A stretch of DNA of 64,000 nucleotides from positions 9,672,001 to 9,736,000 of the forward strand of contig NW_024704755.1 of assembly GCF_018977255.1 (NCBI RefSeq). The letters run 5' to 3'. The stretch is from Callorhinchus milii (Eukaryota). The translations under genes and the position numbers were made by a program. This document shows, piece by piece, positions 25,514 through 37,707 of the stretch (position 1 is the first letter of the stretch; each line of letters opens with the position of its first letter). Below the pieces are notes generated by a model. That model made no database searches, was not told where the DNA came from, and saw nothing but the letters and a program-made list of their open reading frames with translations.

Positions 25514-25573
25514 GGGGCGGGCGGGAGGGGGGTGGGTGGGGAAGGGTTGGGGGGGGGGTGGGGGTTGGGGGGG
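25514..25573 (+). repeat. G-rich tract with G-quadruplex potential
   Basis: About ten G-runs of 3 or more, with 1-2 nt loops. Confidence 0.8.
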
Positions 25574-25854
25574 AAGAGAGGCAAACGTCAGAGGGGGAAG
25601 TCACACATAGGCAGTCTCTGGCACCTCCTTGTGGCCACTTCCAATGACACTGGCTGTGGTCTGAGAAGCAGTCTTTGTCCCTATCATAGGTCTTACCTCC
25701 AGGAATGAAGTTCAAAGAGACAGATCCAAATGAATGAAAACAAAGCGTACACAATTACCAAGATAATCCCATAAAATAACACACAGGGCTACGTACTTCT
25801 GTTCTGGTCAGCAATTGGTAGCCGACTCAACTCAACTCCACAACTCTTCACCAT

Positions 25855-25969
25855 CATTTCGCCCACAAAATATACAGTCAATTCACTTTACAGTATATTC
25901 TGTGAAATACTTTGAGACGTCTGAAAGACGTGATAAGGCGCTATAACAAATGCAAGGATTATTATTATT
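25855..25969 (+). mobile_element. Young SINE 3' tail
   Basis: tttcgcccacaaaatatacagtcaattcactttacagtatattctgtgaa...gtgataaggcgctataacaaatgcaaggattattattatt. Confidence 0.85.
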
Positions 25970-26396
25970 GTAATCTGGAACTCTCCATCTGTACAGCATA
26001 AACTTTCACAGTTTCTAAGTTTTTAAGAGGCCTTTACCTCACCTGCATTTGTCAAAAATTTGTGTTAGGAAATATTCTAAAAATATACATCAATTTTGAA
26101 CTATCCACCAAGGATGATTGAATTGCAGAGATCACAGATTATAGGGTTTAAAATAATTCAAATATTTTGAAATAGCTAGATGGAGAAGAGACCTGGTCGA
26201 AGGTTATACATACTTTTCCATCCAGGGTTGTAAATACTGAGGATTCACTCTTTAACAATTGCTCTTTCCCTCTTCTTCATTCTCATTCTCCGCCCTTTAC
26301 TTTTAGGTGAACATCTGCGCATTCATTTCTGCCATTCAAATACCTAATTTCTACTTATTGAATTGATAAATTTGAATAAAAACAACTAACCAGAAG

Positions 26397-26771
26397 ATAA
26401 TAATAATCATACTTACAATTCATATAGCACTTTATCACGTCATTCATATCTCAAAGTGTTTCAAAGAATATATTGTAAAGTGAAGTGACTGTATTTTGGG
26501 GCGAAATATGGCAGCCAACTGTGCACAGCAATGACCCACAATCAATCATAGGTTGAATTACCAAATTATTATTATTATTTATTTTCGAAGGGATTATTAC
26601 CCTTGGAAATCAATCTCCCAATCGACTAAAGACCAGGTTTCTACTTACTGATAGGTAAAAATAGACGTGTGGTGTAAGAAACCTTGCCTAAGGTTTCGCC
26701 CTTCCTGGTAATCGATCCTGGGTCATCTCTCTTGTGAGGTGAGTGCTCTAACCAATAATCTACAGGAATCC
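26397..26771 (-). mobile_element. Full-length tRNA SINE with non-Deu head (holocephalan-type)
   Basis: Minus strand reads tggttagagcactcacctcacaagagagatgacccaggatcgatt (A/B boxes), gggcgaaaccttaggcaaggtttcttacaccacacg, then the shared 3' module and (att)n tail. Confidence 0.8.
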
Positions 26772-27289
26772 ACGTTGACACATTAATAAAGGAATATTCT
26801 ATGTTAATAGCACAGAAGTAAATGTATGTGCTAAATGTCACACAAGTGTCCAGATTTCCATTATGGCTAGCATGTGTCCAGATTATTATAAATTTAGTGA
26901 CAACAGAAAGATTTGTTCACAAAATACTTTTCAAACATCATCAAATGCTGCAAGAAGTGTTGCCGACAGTCTTGGAAATAGCTTATGAAATATATTTGTA
27001 AAAAGAAATGCTCCATTTAAAATTAACTGTGGTTTGGGATTCCTGCAGAGCGAGCCACAGTGCTGCTGGAAATTACATATTATCAATGCTGGTTGGATAC
27101 ACAATTAGAGTGAGATGGGGCTGAAGAATGAGATTCTGACCTCACTAACATTCACTATAGATCAGTTTTATCTCCTTGTCCTTCCTTAGGACTGCACAAC
27201 AGCTTAACACAGTAGTTGAGTCAAGCGGTTACAATGTAAAGCAATATTTTCTAGCACAGTAAAGATTAATAGTGTTGTACTGCAACCCC

Positions 27290-27484
27290 TCCCTCAATTC
27301 CCCCAAATAAATATTAGTTACTAGTTTCAAGGCTGTTTGTGGATCATTGTTGTGCACAAATTGGCTGCTGCACTCACCTACAAATATAGCGTCCATCCCA
27401 CTTCACAGTAAATCCTTTGAAGCTCTATGAGACACCTTCTGAACTTGAAAGGCGCTATATCACATGCAAGGATTGATATTAATT
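27290..27484 (+). mobile_element. Deu-type SINE 3' part
   Basis: ggctgtttgtggatcattgttgtgcacaaattggctgctg...gaaaggcgctatatcacatgcaaggatt. Confidence 0.8.
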
Positions 27485-27544
27485 CTGGAAAACTGCACAA
27501 TTGTTTTGTGTCTGGAGGTGGCAAAGGTGTGGATGATGATTTAA

Positions 27545-27815
27545 GTTACATGAGGGGTAAGAAAATGGCGGAGGAAAAAGTGGATTCAAAATCTGGATTC
27601 AAAATGTAAAATAGAATTAGGGTAGAACAAAATGCCAAGATTGACTTCCATGAGTTGAAGTGAGTCACCGGGGAAGTGAATACAGTCAAGGACTTTGAGG
27701 TGAGGCGGCGTTGATGGGATCTGAAGAGGATAGCCTCAAATATGTCAATGTTGAGTTGGAGAAAATTATGGCTCATCCAGGACTCAATGTCTAGCAGGTA
27801 TGTGAGCAACATGCA
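27545..27815 (-). mobile_element. L2 ORF2 (reverse transcriptase C-terminal) remnant
   Basis: LLDIESWMSHNFLQLNIDIFEAILF matches the L2 L.DI..WM..NFLQLN..KTE motif. Confidence 0.8.
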
Positions 27816-28444
27816 CACTTTTTGTACATTCAAATGAGGTCACTCAGTATTTTTCACCTTGGAGAATTTGGGTTGTTTTTGCTGCTGACCACACTAAATT
27901 TGTTGTTGTTGTAATGCCCCGATGTTTGCCATAAGTGTAAATTCCAACTCAGTCTAAGGCTGCCTACAGTAAAAATTCCCAGCACAGACAACCAACAGTC
28001 ATTCTCTTCTCATCCCTCTTTTTATACTCGCACCGTAAATTTAAATTCTGGAAAATGTGCGACATAATGGCAGCAACCTAACCTGGCTTGGCTTGATACT
28101 TTCAGTCAAATGACAAATGTACTTCTCGACAGTAATTCTCTGCACTATATTCAATCTTGACAACATTAGTACCGTTAATTTATCCTTAGAAGGAAAGAGA
28201 CTTCTGCTACCAGCTTTGTCCTTCACCTTCTGCATGCTGACTGGAGAGACTGTTTCGCTTTATTCGAAGATTTTATTTCAATGTTAGGTTTCTTGTACTA
28301 TTCCCAAAAGGCATTGCCATCCAGCATAACCTGTGAAATCTTAGACAACCACATAAGGCGAACTGGTAGGCGAAAGACATAATCTTTCGAGGTTCAGGGT
28401 CAGCCTGAGGCAGATGTTTCAGGAAAACTTCTCAGAAAACCTTT

Positions 28445-28685
28445 CAGTCGATTGGCAGATCACTATTCTGGGGATAATAATCCCTTCAAAGAAAAATAAT
28501 AATAATTTGATCACGCAATCCACAACTGTTTGTGGGATGACAAGAAACTGTGCGGAATCGATTTCCGCGTTTCATCCACAAAATAGTACGGTCAATTCAC
28601 TTTGCAGTATATTCTGTGAAGCGCTTTGAGGTGTCTCGAAGGCGTGAGAAGGGCTGTAACAAATGCAAGGATTATCATTATTATT
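28445..28685 (+). mobile_element. SINE of the 26.4-kb family, 5'-truncated
   Basis: agtcgattgg...gataataatcccttc...aataataatttg body shared with 26397-26771, plus the standard tail. Confidence 0.8.
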
Positions 28686-29089
28686 AGCTCTGGAGAATTG
28701 ATTACTGAGACTGTATTCCAGGGTTCACAGGATATACTGTAAACTGCAGGACAAAAGCCCACAATTGCTAAGAAGATAGAGCTGTTGAATGTGCAGCAGA
28801 AAACCACCTGCTAATGCGATGCGAGCCACATCTGAAGCAAGGAGCAACTGCCAACTGCAGTGGTGTGATGAGTGGCAAACAACTGATCTGAAGGGCATAT
28901 TAGATCACAATGTAGTGTGATCACACGCTTCTCTACTTTTTTTAAATCTTGTGGGGGAAATTACAATTCACAGCTAGTAATAGCAAAAGCATCTACAACA
29001 CCAAAAGCTCAGTCAGAGTTTGAAAGATTCAAATAATAAACCGAACACACAGCAGGTGAGAGGTAGCATATTTTGTTATCATAATTCAA

Positions 29090-29370
29090 TCCAATAATTT
29101 CTAAAGAAACTGGTACACATTAACCACATCAAACGTGTACATCAATTGACACTATCCCACTGTTTATGGTGTTTAGATGCATTACTGTATGCTAATAATA
29201 AAGCACAAATTCCATGGAACTGTTTGCTGATTTTTCCTCAGCCGTAATTCATTACACTGCAGTGGATTGTAGCTCAATTATTTTGGTGTCAGATGATTAT
29301 CCAGGGGTTTAATTAAATCTTCATTACACTCCAGTCATATTTCAATTATATTTGCTATCAAAATGTTAAC
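29090..29370. promoter_or_regulatory. Candidate conserved non-coding element
   Basis: Dense TAAT/ATTA motifs (gtaattcattac, ttaattaa), tgtttat and tgtttgc forkhead cores, repeat-free. Confidence 0.3.
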
Positions 29371-30280
29371 ACATCTTTAAACCTGTTAGTCCTTTAGTCA
29401 ACGTTCTGCGAAAGGTACTAAGAGAGAAGCAGATGTCATAATTACACAATTACTCAGAACATTTTACACTCATTCTCCAAGGAATTTGTAGATAAAGTGG
29501 GCACGTTCTAAAATTAATATAATGACAATATGTTGCGGACTTGATCCATAATACTGCTGCAATCTGCTGTAGTCCTTCTTATGTGTGACAGAAGCATGCT
29601 GAAGTTAAGGCGGTTAATGTATTAGTGGATTGCACTGCAGACTAATTTCACCTTGTTCTATCGCCCTAAATCTTCCACGATCACTGCAATATGGAAGGTA
29701 TTTTTATGAATACCTTGGCCTAGTTCCTCCCCCCCCCCCACCCCCACATCAGGACTTTGAGCTCATAGACCAGGCTTACAGACCTGTTCAATGATGCACT
29801 GCCAGAAATGCTGTCATTTTGTTTATATGTACCAATTTTATTGAAACTTGAGTTAACTTTAAACCAAAACACAGCTTTTACTAGTTGGCAACATTGTTCA
29901 TAACAAAATATTCTAAACATCTATAGGAAATAACAGCAATACAGGTTCAATCCTCCAGAAATATTACAATTTTGAACTGACTATTGGAGCTTGTATTGAC
30001 CTAAATCTGTGCTTCAATTTTTGCTGAGGAATGCGATAGATCTAAATGAGAATAACGCTAATACGACAAGTAAATTGAATATATCTGATGCTAGAGCAGC
30101 ATCACTTTTAGTTCCGTGTTGTATATCCAACCAAATAAGACTGTCAAATTTCTATTAGCTTTTATACAGTTATAATTCACATTACTAATGTACTCCTAAA
30201 GTTCTTGATTTACAGTATTTGATTATAAATTCATGTCACTTCTGGGAGGAGTGGTTGTGGTAGGATCCATATTAGTCCTC

Positions 30281-30437
30281 AACAGGACATGCGATAGATA
30301 TCTAAAAGGGAGTTATTTGCAGGGGTATTGGGAAAAAGCATGTTAATGGGACTGAATAGATTGTCCTTTCAAAGAGCCAGCATGGACCTGATGGGGCCGA
30401 AAGGTCTCCTTCTGTGCTGTAAAGTTCTATGATTCTA
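30281..30437 (+). mobile_element. CR1 LINE 3' end
   Basis: tttgcaggggtattgggaaaaagca...aaagagccagcatggacctgatggggccgaaaggtctccttctgtgctgtaaagttctatgattcta. Confidence 0.85.
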
Positions 30438-31585
30438 GGAAGAGAAAAATACTTCAGTCAATTGGAAGAGTCACAAAATCAGTTGCCAGCATGAAGCAAC
30501 TCTGCAGCTTCCTCACCTCACATAGCTCCAGGCAAAAGGCCACGACTGTATGATTAACAAAGATGACGAATGTGTTATTTAGAATGCATGGGGAGCAATT
30601 TCAGGATCTAACCATGTCCTGGGAGTCACAAGTTATTTGTAAAGTACAAAGATTAGATGTTGTGGTTTATGATATCATTTGAACCCCTTGATTAGATTAC
30701 AGCCTTGTAACTGTCTGTGATCCATTATTCTCTCTCTCTCTCATATATATTGCAAAATATATATCAGACAAGAATGTACAGTATATAATTAAGAAGTAGG
30801 TGGAAATCACAGCCAGTTCAGTATTGGTATCGGCTTGCAGGTGAGCACTGGCAGTAAGTGAAAATATGTTCGAGTCCTTTTCACTCGTGCCTTGATGTTT
30901 CAGTTCTCACAAACCCAGAGAACAATAGAACGAGACAAAGCCTTTTGCTGAAGTTGGAATAAACTGTAAACTTCCACTTGCAACACCAGAGATTCAATTA
31001 TTATTACCGTGAGATCATGTTACACTGCACACTTTTGAAAAATATGTAAACTCTTTAAAAAATATATAAAATGTAAATAATTATTATTATTATTAATTGA
31101 AAAATTCCCTAAGTTTAGTGAATAAGGCAGAACAGTTCCTATTGTGAGATTCTACACTTCAAAAGGAATTTGTGATTGCACTACTGCAAGCGTAGTGCTT
31201 TTCTTCTGAAATTACTGCTCTTAAATCTACTAATTTAAATTTATTGAAATAAATATCTGATAACTAACCATCTAAAGCTTCTCTCAAACAATCTCAGTGG
31301 GGCAGATCTGGCTGGTCACTGCGAAGAATAGCTCCTGCTCTTGGAAGCCATGAATTGGATGGGACTGGAACTATTCAAAGGGTTTCTCTATTTAATTCTA
31401 TTACAATGCGATGTATCGCATTATATTTCATGTTGCACACACATTTAGCAATAACAGTTAAGTAGCTGGAAATTCTTGCTCGTCTCCTTAGTTGAAAAGG
31501 AAAAGATAAAACACAGATGAGATTCACACCTCATGCCAAGTACACAATAGTCTTCAGGATATAGGCTATCAAGACCAAAGCACAT

Positions 31586-32165
31586 CATAGCATACAGAAT
31601 CATACGATTGGTTCAGATGAAGGTAGCCCATTGATCTCACAGCATCTTTCATTACAGCATAAAGCCATTTCACAGTTTAGTCTGTGAAGCGCTTTGAGAC
31701 GTCTTGAAGATGTGATAAGGCGCTGTATCAAATGCAAGGATTATTATTATTATTATTATTTCTTAAATAAATCCTGCATCCCGACACCCTGTCCCAGATT
31801 TAATTATCTTCTGGATAAAGAAAACCTTTCTGAAATTACTCTTTGAAATTCCAAAGCTATGTCCTGATGTTTGAATGTCTTTGGTGTACCAAGTATTGTT
31901 CTGGATTTACTTTATTCAATCCAATTTAAAATGTCACATACCTTCATAAGGTCCCCTCTCAGACATCTCTTTCCAAGACAGAAAATTAATGGTAGCCACT
32001 CACTGAAATCCTTTGAAAGCACTTTTTTTTTGGAGTACAAGCAAGGCCATTTATGTAAGAGTTTTGCATTCAAACCATCTGTTCTTTGAGCACCAAGATC
32101 ACAGTGTGATGTTTTGTGAAAAACAGACAATGTTTTGAAGGCAGCCACAAGGTTCTTTGATCTGC
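31586..32165 (-). mobile_element. Old CR1 3' fragment containing a nested SINE tail
   Basis: Remnant IFCLGKRCLRGDLMKVCDIL matches CR1 LFSLEKRRLRGDLIEV.KI; catagcatacagaatcat tail. Confidence 0.65.
31660..31761 (+). mobile_element. SINE tail nested in CR1
   Basis: tctgtgaagcgctttgagacgtcttgaagatgtgataaggcgctgtatcaaatgcaagg(att)7. Confidence 0.85.
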
Positions 32166-33224
32166 GAGGAGGCAAGTGAGAGATTTGAGTTAAAAATGCA
32201 GCACCAATGTCATCCATCGCTCTGTATGCTGCATTTTCAATACTTTGTGACAGTTCTGACAATATAATTTATCGGTAACTTAAATTTACAGTTTAAATTA
32301 CTACTATTACATATACCTCCACATATTTAGCATCCCGATCATCCCGACTCTTTCATAAGAGCACCCTAGCAAATATTTCACTTACCCACAAGTTATAAAA
32401 TAATTCCGTGTCCATTTTAATAAAGGAAAGGCTATTCGATTATGGATAATTTCTCTCTCTCTCCCCCGACCTACCCAATTGATACACACTTATTTACTTA
32501 AGCACTGCTGAAGAGTCTAGGCATTGGTTGAATGTTTTGCCAACGTTCTAAGTAATAGTAACAGAAATAATTAAAAATGTCTAGGTTTCTTGAAGACAAA
32601 GGAACATTCCTCAGCTGTTCAAAGCACAATCTGTGCCATAAATTCCCTCAGGATTTGCTCCCAAAACCTGCAAGAACCACAAAAGATTTTGAACAAGATA
32701 TCTTGCAAGAAATGTAACAAAAGCAGAGAGGATTCAAGGGGAGAAGGGAGGGGGAAAGTAGGTTAGCTGGTTATAAAGTGAACAGGACATTTCTAATTCT
32801 GATTCAAACTGAATTAAGCAATTTAATACGGATCAGCAGTTAATTGGATTGTAACCAAATTTAATGTCTGTGTATACTGGGCTGCTGTCTTGTGGTAAAG
32901 TAAGTCTTAGGTTACGAAAAAAGGTTACGTTTTGTTCATGGATCTTTATATTTGGATATTGTGAGTTACTATGGTTCCACTCATTGGGAAGTTCAAACAT
33001 TTAGTTTAACAAAGTAATCAGGGACCAACTTGATATTCTCAATTAGAATGGAGCAGGAGTTTCAAGGGGAGCCCATGCTTTTTAATGCAAATCTCAGAGC
33101 CCTGTAGGAAGAAATCAGATATGTTGGAAGCTTTTAGTAGCATGAGTGTTGTTGTAGAGATTCAAATATCATGCAATTTTCTGGATTCTAAGCACAAGTT
33201 TCTTTTCCTTTGAAATTCAGTGAC

Positions 33225-33346
33225 AGGTACGAGTGAAAAGGCAGGTAAATAGGACTGCATGGATCTCAATTTCAAATTTTCAGTCAGCAAAGACACGATG
33301 GTCTGAAAAGCCGTTTTCTGTGTTGTACATTTCTATAGTTCAATGA
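33225..33346 (+). mobile_element. Decayed CR1 3' tail
   Basis: gaaaaggcaggtaaatagg...cagcaaagacacgatggtctgaaaagcc...tctgtgttgtacatttctat. Confidence 0.6.
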
Positions 33347-33454
33347 GCGCCTTCCTTCCCTGTGCCCCATTACCAGTTACAAGGACAAGAAGTTGCAGGT
33401 TTGCGCCAGCTCATCGTTCAATGCAGAAATCCTACAGTATCTGTTATGTGACAG

Positions 33455-34413
33455 ATTCCTCTCCAATGCTGGCGAAAGATTAGTGGACCCTGGAAGACCT
33501 TCACTTGCTCAAATGGTCCTTCATTCCATGTGGCCCGAGGCAATGAGTGCCTGGAAATAGGTTTCAGGAGGCTATCTGACCAGGAAGGCAGTATTGTCAA
33601 TCCTGATCCTGAAAGTCACACATAGACAAGCACCTTCCAGGAAAGGTCACTGCTTGGCAATCGAGAGTAGAAAACCAGGTTGACATTTCCCTTTTCTAGT
33701 CTAGGGCACTGAGATCATTGCAGTGCTTCTCTATTCCCTGCCTTATCTGAAATAGTAATCCTTGGATTTGTTGTTCCATGTTGGGAGGATGTTTCGGAAT
33801 GCTTCACTGGATAGTGTAGATTTTGCTTGGTTAGTGCCAGGGATGAAGGGGATGAGTTACGAGGATAGGCTGACCAATTTGGGCCTATATTCTCTGGAAT
33901 ATAGAAGAATTAGAGGGGATCTTATAGAAACCTATAAGATCATCAAAGGGCATGATAGAGCAGATAGTGGGAGAAACTAAAACCAGGGGTCACAACCTAA
34001 AAATCAGAGGCCAGCCCTTTCGCACTGAGTTGAGGAAGAACTTCTTCACTCAAAGGGTGGTGAATGCATGGAACTCGCTACCCCAAAGGGCTGTTGATGC
34101 TCAGTCCTTGAAAATATTCAAGACTGAGATAGATATGTTTCTTATTGCAAAAGGGATTAAGGGATATGGGGATAAGGCAGGGTTATGGTATTAGCTGAAG
34201 TAAGATTAGAAGATCAGCCATGATTGAATGGTGGGGCAGGCTCGAAGGGCCGAATGGCCTACTCCTGCTCCTACATCTTATGTTATGTTGAGTGTGGTGC
34301 CTGTGTATTTTATGGGTAAATGCACTATGTCTGTGCAGTATGTCAGCACAGATCAGTGATTGTCTCTGTTCACAAAGCTCCATACTAACTATTTACCCAT
34401 TAAGCCATCTGGG
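33455..34413 (-). mobile_element. AmnSINE2-like SINE (33455-33755 plus 34343-34413) hosting two nested insertions
   Basis: The left part ends ctagggcactgagatcattgcagtgc...ctgaaatag. It resumes tcagcacagatcagtgattg...atttacccattaagccatctggg. Confidence 0.65.
33831..34289 (+). mobile_element. Young 5'-truncated CR1 LINE (ORF2 C-terminus and 3'UTR)
   Basis: LVPGMKGMSYEDRLTNLGLYSLEYRRIRGDLIETYKIIKG, frameshift, then VGETKTRGHNLKIRGQPFRTELRKNFFTQRVVNAWNSLP...KGIKGYG; 3'UTR gaagggccgaatggcctactcctgctcct(tatgt)n. Confidence 0.95.
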
Positions 34414-35177
34414 TGCAAGGATGTGACCCAGTTTAACAACACCTGCTGTACTACCTCACTGGATGTGCATCATACAATAAACATTCTTTTTGTTGCTTTT
34501 CCTCCCATTCCATCACATGAGCAACAAGACGTGTTCTTTTTAGCATTCTGCCCCACACCGCACACATGTATTGTTCACCTCCCTATAAATCCTTTAAACA
34601 AACAGATATAAAAATCAATATCAATGCTTTCATTAAAACTCCAGCTTCTCTCACTTGTAGGTCTCTGGCTCTCTCTTCCTTCTGCCCTATATAAAAAAAT
34701 CTAGCACATCCCACTCTCAAAGTACCTGTTCTGTCACTAAAATTATGGCCCACCCTCTCAGAATGACATTTCCCCCACATTAAAAATCCAATCTGTTCAG
34801 TCTGGAACTACTGACTTCATAAAAAATCAGACGTTTTCAGATTTTAGAATGCTGATTTCTCCACTATAATAGCAGCTTGCCTCGATCTTGTAAGCCTCAG
34901 TTAGTTTGTCTCTCAGCTTTGTGCAGCCCCTACCTAAATCCAACACTCAAAAGAACACATGGAAACTGAGGCAGCTATTTACGCAAGTTGCTTTAAGCGC
35001 ACAAAAATGCATGCATTGGTTTTCACAGTGGTTAAAATCTAAGAGAAAAAATAGACTTGCATTTTTAATGCTTTGTTGAGACAAAATATTTAAAAGTGTT
35101 TCACAAGTAATTATTGTCAAGTCAAACAACTGTTTTTTTTTGCTGGCAAATGTAGAGGTCCAGTTCTACAAGCATCC

Positions 35178-35382
35178 ATAATAATAATTAATAATTGTAG
35201 CATTTGATAAACACTTTTCATGTCAGGCGGATGTCTCAAAGCACATGATTTACTGAATCTGCATTTTGTAAGCGAACACGGCAGCCAATTTTACACACAA
35301 AAATATCCCACAAACAGTATGAGGTGGTTGGCCAATTAATCTGGAGGATTCCAATGGTTTCATGGGATCTTTAATGTCCATC
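35178..35382 (-). mobile_element. Deu-type SINE, internally deleted
   Basis: (aat)n...gatgtctcaaagcac...acggcagccaatttt...cccacaaacag...catgggatctttaatgtcca. Confidence 0.75.
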
Positions 35383-35580
35383 TTTAATTACTCACAGCAC
35401 CACTGTTAGATCACCCAGTTTCATGCTCACTGCAAAAGTTTCTGAAATATTCTCCATCTGCTGATCTCTAGCTGATCAGCTTTCCTTCTATGTACAACAG
35501 GAAGGTGTAAGTGTATCAGTGATGTGAAACATCACAACTGTGTAAGTACATCCTGTGGGCAAAACAGGCACTATATACAA

Positions 35581-35820
35581 TATAAAATTACATTTGTGTA
35601 GCAACTTTCACGTCGGGAGGATGTCCCAAGGAGCTGGACAGTCAGGGATTTATACGGATATATGGAACAATTTTGCACTAATACAACTCCTTTCACACAG
35701 GGAGACCTTTACAAAGTGTTTTACAAAGCCCATTGGGAGTTGGGAGGATGATAGGAGTTTGAAGGAACAGTTAAAGGATAAGAATTCCAGAGAGTAGAAG
35801 CAAAGTGGCTGAAAGCTAAA
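35581..35820 (-). mobile_element. Decayed L2/SINE 3' end
   Basis: ctttcacgtcgggaggatgtcccaaggagct tail, then gaattccagaga...ggctgaaagc. Confidence 0.55.
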
Positions 35821-36059
35821 AAGCTGAAAGCTAACGCTACACGTCACTGAAAAATCTCATGGTGCAAAGTGATTTGAACTTTTCCCAACACAATATATCA
35901 AATGCTAACATCAAATTCACCATTTTAACCATAACCATAAGAAAACATATTGAGTGAGCGAACACACTTGCTTATTGATGAACAAACTGAGCTAACATGC
36001 TGTGGTAATAGCTTCCTGGTAATGTGAGTGAACTCAAGTGCCTCACCTGTCCTGGTGGC

Positions 36060-36160
36060 TTTGTACAATGACCTTGTCATCCACCCCTCTGTGTTGTGTT
36101 GCTTTTGGCTTCCTCACTACCTGTTAGCTAAAGCCGGTCAGTCACGTGGCGACATGCTGC
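36060..36160. promoter_or_regulatory. Candidate enhancer motifs
   Basis: tgaccttg (ERR/NR5A half-site) at 36069-36076 and gtcacgtggc (USF/TFE E-box) at 36141-36150. Confidence 0.25.
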
Positions 36161-37197
36161 AGAGAAAGTGCAAATGCTTTCTTTGTGCTCTCAAATTATA
36201 CTGTAGTCTTCTGTTTTATGTACCATATTTTATGACAGTTTACCATCTGTACAGGGTCTGGTAATAGCTTACTGTGATTATTTACATATACTAGAAATCC
36301 ACATCCATCTGCCAGGTACGACTGTCCCATAACGGCCAATCCCATTTTTCATAGCAAAGTAACTTGTTTACTTACAATCTGGAAACCGAAGCAAATGACT
36401 GATGACTTGTACCCTGAATATCTATAACTTACCATTTTAATAAGATGGTCGGAAAGGATAGGTAGTTATTCTGAGCGAAAGCATGGTTTGCAAAATCATT
36501 CGCACTAAAATATCCCTAAGTATGATTAGCATTTTGTTCTTTGCATCTGGGCCAGACCATTACTGCTAAACACAGTATATCCGCTGAAGCGCTAGATCCT
36601 TGTTCATGTGAGAAAATAAATGCTGTAAACTTAAAATGTTGTCACTTTGCAATGTCTGTAAGTGATAAGATAGTTTAGAAATGCATACTATCTGAGACGA
36701 TGTTCTTATTCAAAGCAGGGAAAAATAAATAAATATTTTATTTAGCTGTCCTGCAGCAATTGAGCTCATGTACTGATGTAAAACTGCAAGACAAAAGGCA
36801 GGAGTCAAATTCTCAAACAGTCTAGCTGTCTGAATTTATGTCTGTTTACGGGAATGAGAAGTGCATTCTAAGAGGTTACATTTGGCCTACTTATTGTGAT
36901 TGATCATGAAATGTCTGTCCCGTTTGTCTAAAATTCCTCAGTAACTACATCATATAAACATTTCAGAAGACTAGTGCTACATTACTATGTAGCGATAAAC
37001 TCACCAGATATTAGTATTTAAATCACCTCAAAAGCAGATGAAGGAAATCAGGAAAAAAAAGACTCTGGAGTTAAGGGTCAGTGATCGGGTCCATACTTGC
37101 TTTACTGTATTGATTTCTTTTGCTTAAAATTGGACATTACATTTGATAAACACACAATTGCTGTCACAAGATTGCAAGATGGCATAAAGTCTATGTA

Positions 37198-37370
37198 GGT
37201 GTCAGCCTGGCGCAGTTGGTAGCTCTCTGGCCTCTGAGTCGGCTGGTTGTGGGTTCAAACCTTATATCGGGCCATTGAGCTGTATTGCCAGAGGAGAATG
37301 AGGAGTTAAACAGAGGTCCCGTCTACCTATTCCGATGGATGTTAAAGATCCATAGCATTATTTGAAAAGC
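37198..37370 (+). mobile_element. Deu SINE 5' half
   Basis: ggtgtcagcctggcgcagttggtagc...ctctgagtc...gttgtgggttcaaac...gttaaacagaggtcccgtct...aaagatccatagcattatttgaa. Confidence 0.8.
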
Positions 37371-37379
37371 AAAATTGTA

Positions 37380-37707
37380 AAACGTAGTAACTTTGTATTT
37401 CTTGGTTGCCAATTTCCACACAACATTGTTCAATTACCCGTGTAGTGAATGACCATTGATTTTTATTGTGGAGGATTGTTGGCTAAGACACCAGGAACGA
37501 CTCCCTTTCCTTTTCAAATAATGCGTCGGAATCTTTACTATCCAACTGAACAGGCAGATGGGACCTCACTTTAATGTCTCATCCGAAAGATTTCATCTCC
37601 AACAGAGAATCAGCCTGGATTGTGAGCTCAAAGTCCTGAACGAGACTTGAACCCACACCCTTCAGACTCAAAGGCGAGAGTGCAACCCGCTAAGCCAGGC
37701 TGACACC
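37380..37707 (-). mobile_element. Deu SINE lacking its tail
   Basis: aacaggcagatgggacctc...gtctcatccgaaaga...acttgaacccacacccttcagactcaaaggcgagagtgc...ccaggctgacacc. Confidence 0.85.

Noticed and set aside
26700-26771. tRNA gene-like A/B boxes (also at 37.2, 37.7, 48.6 and 49.4 kb)
   Set aside because: These are SINE heads continuous with SINE bodies; no cloverleaf.
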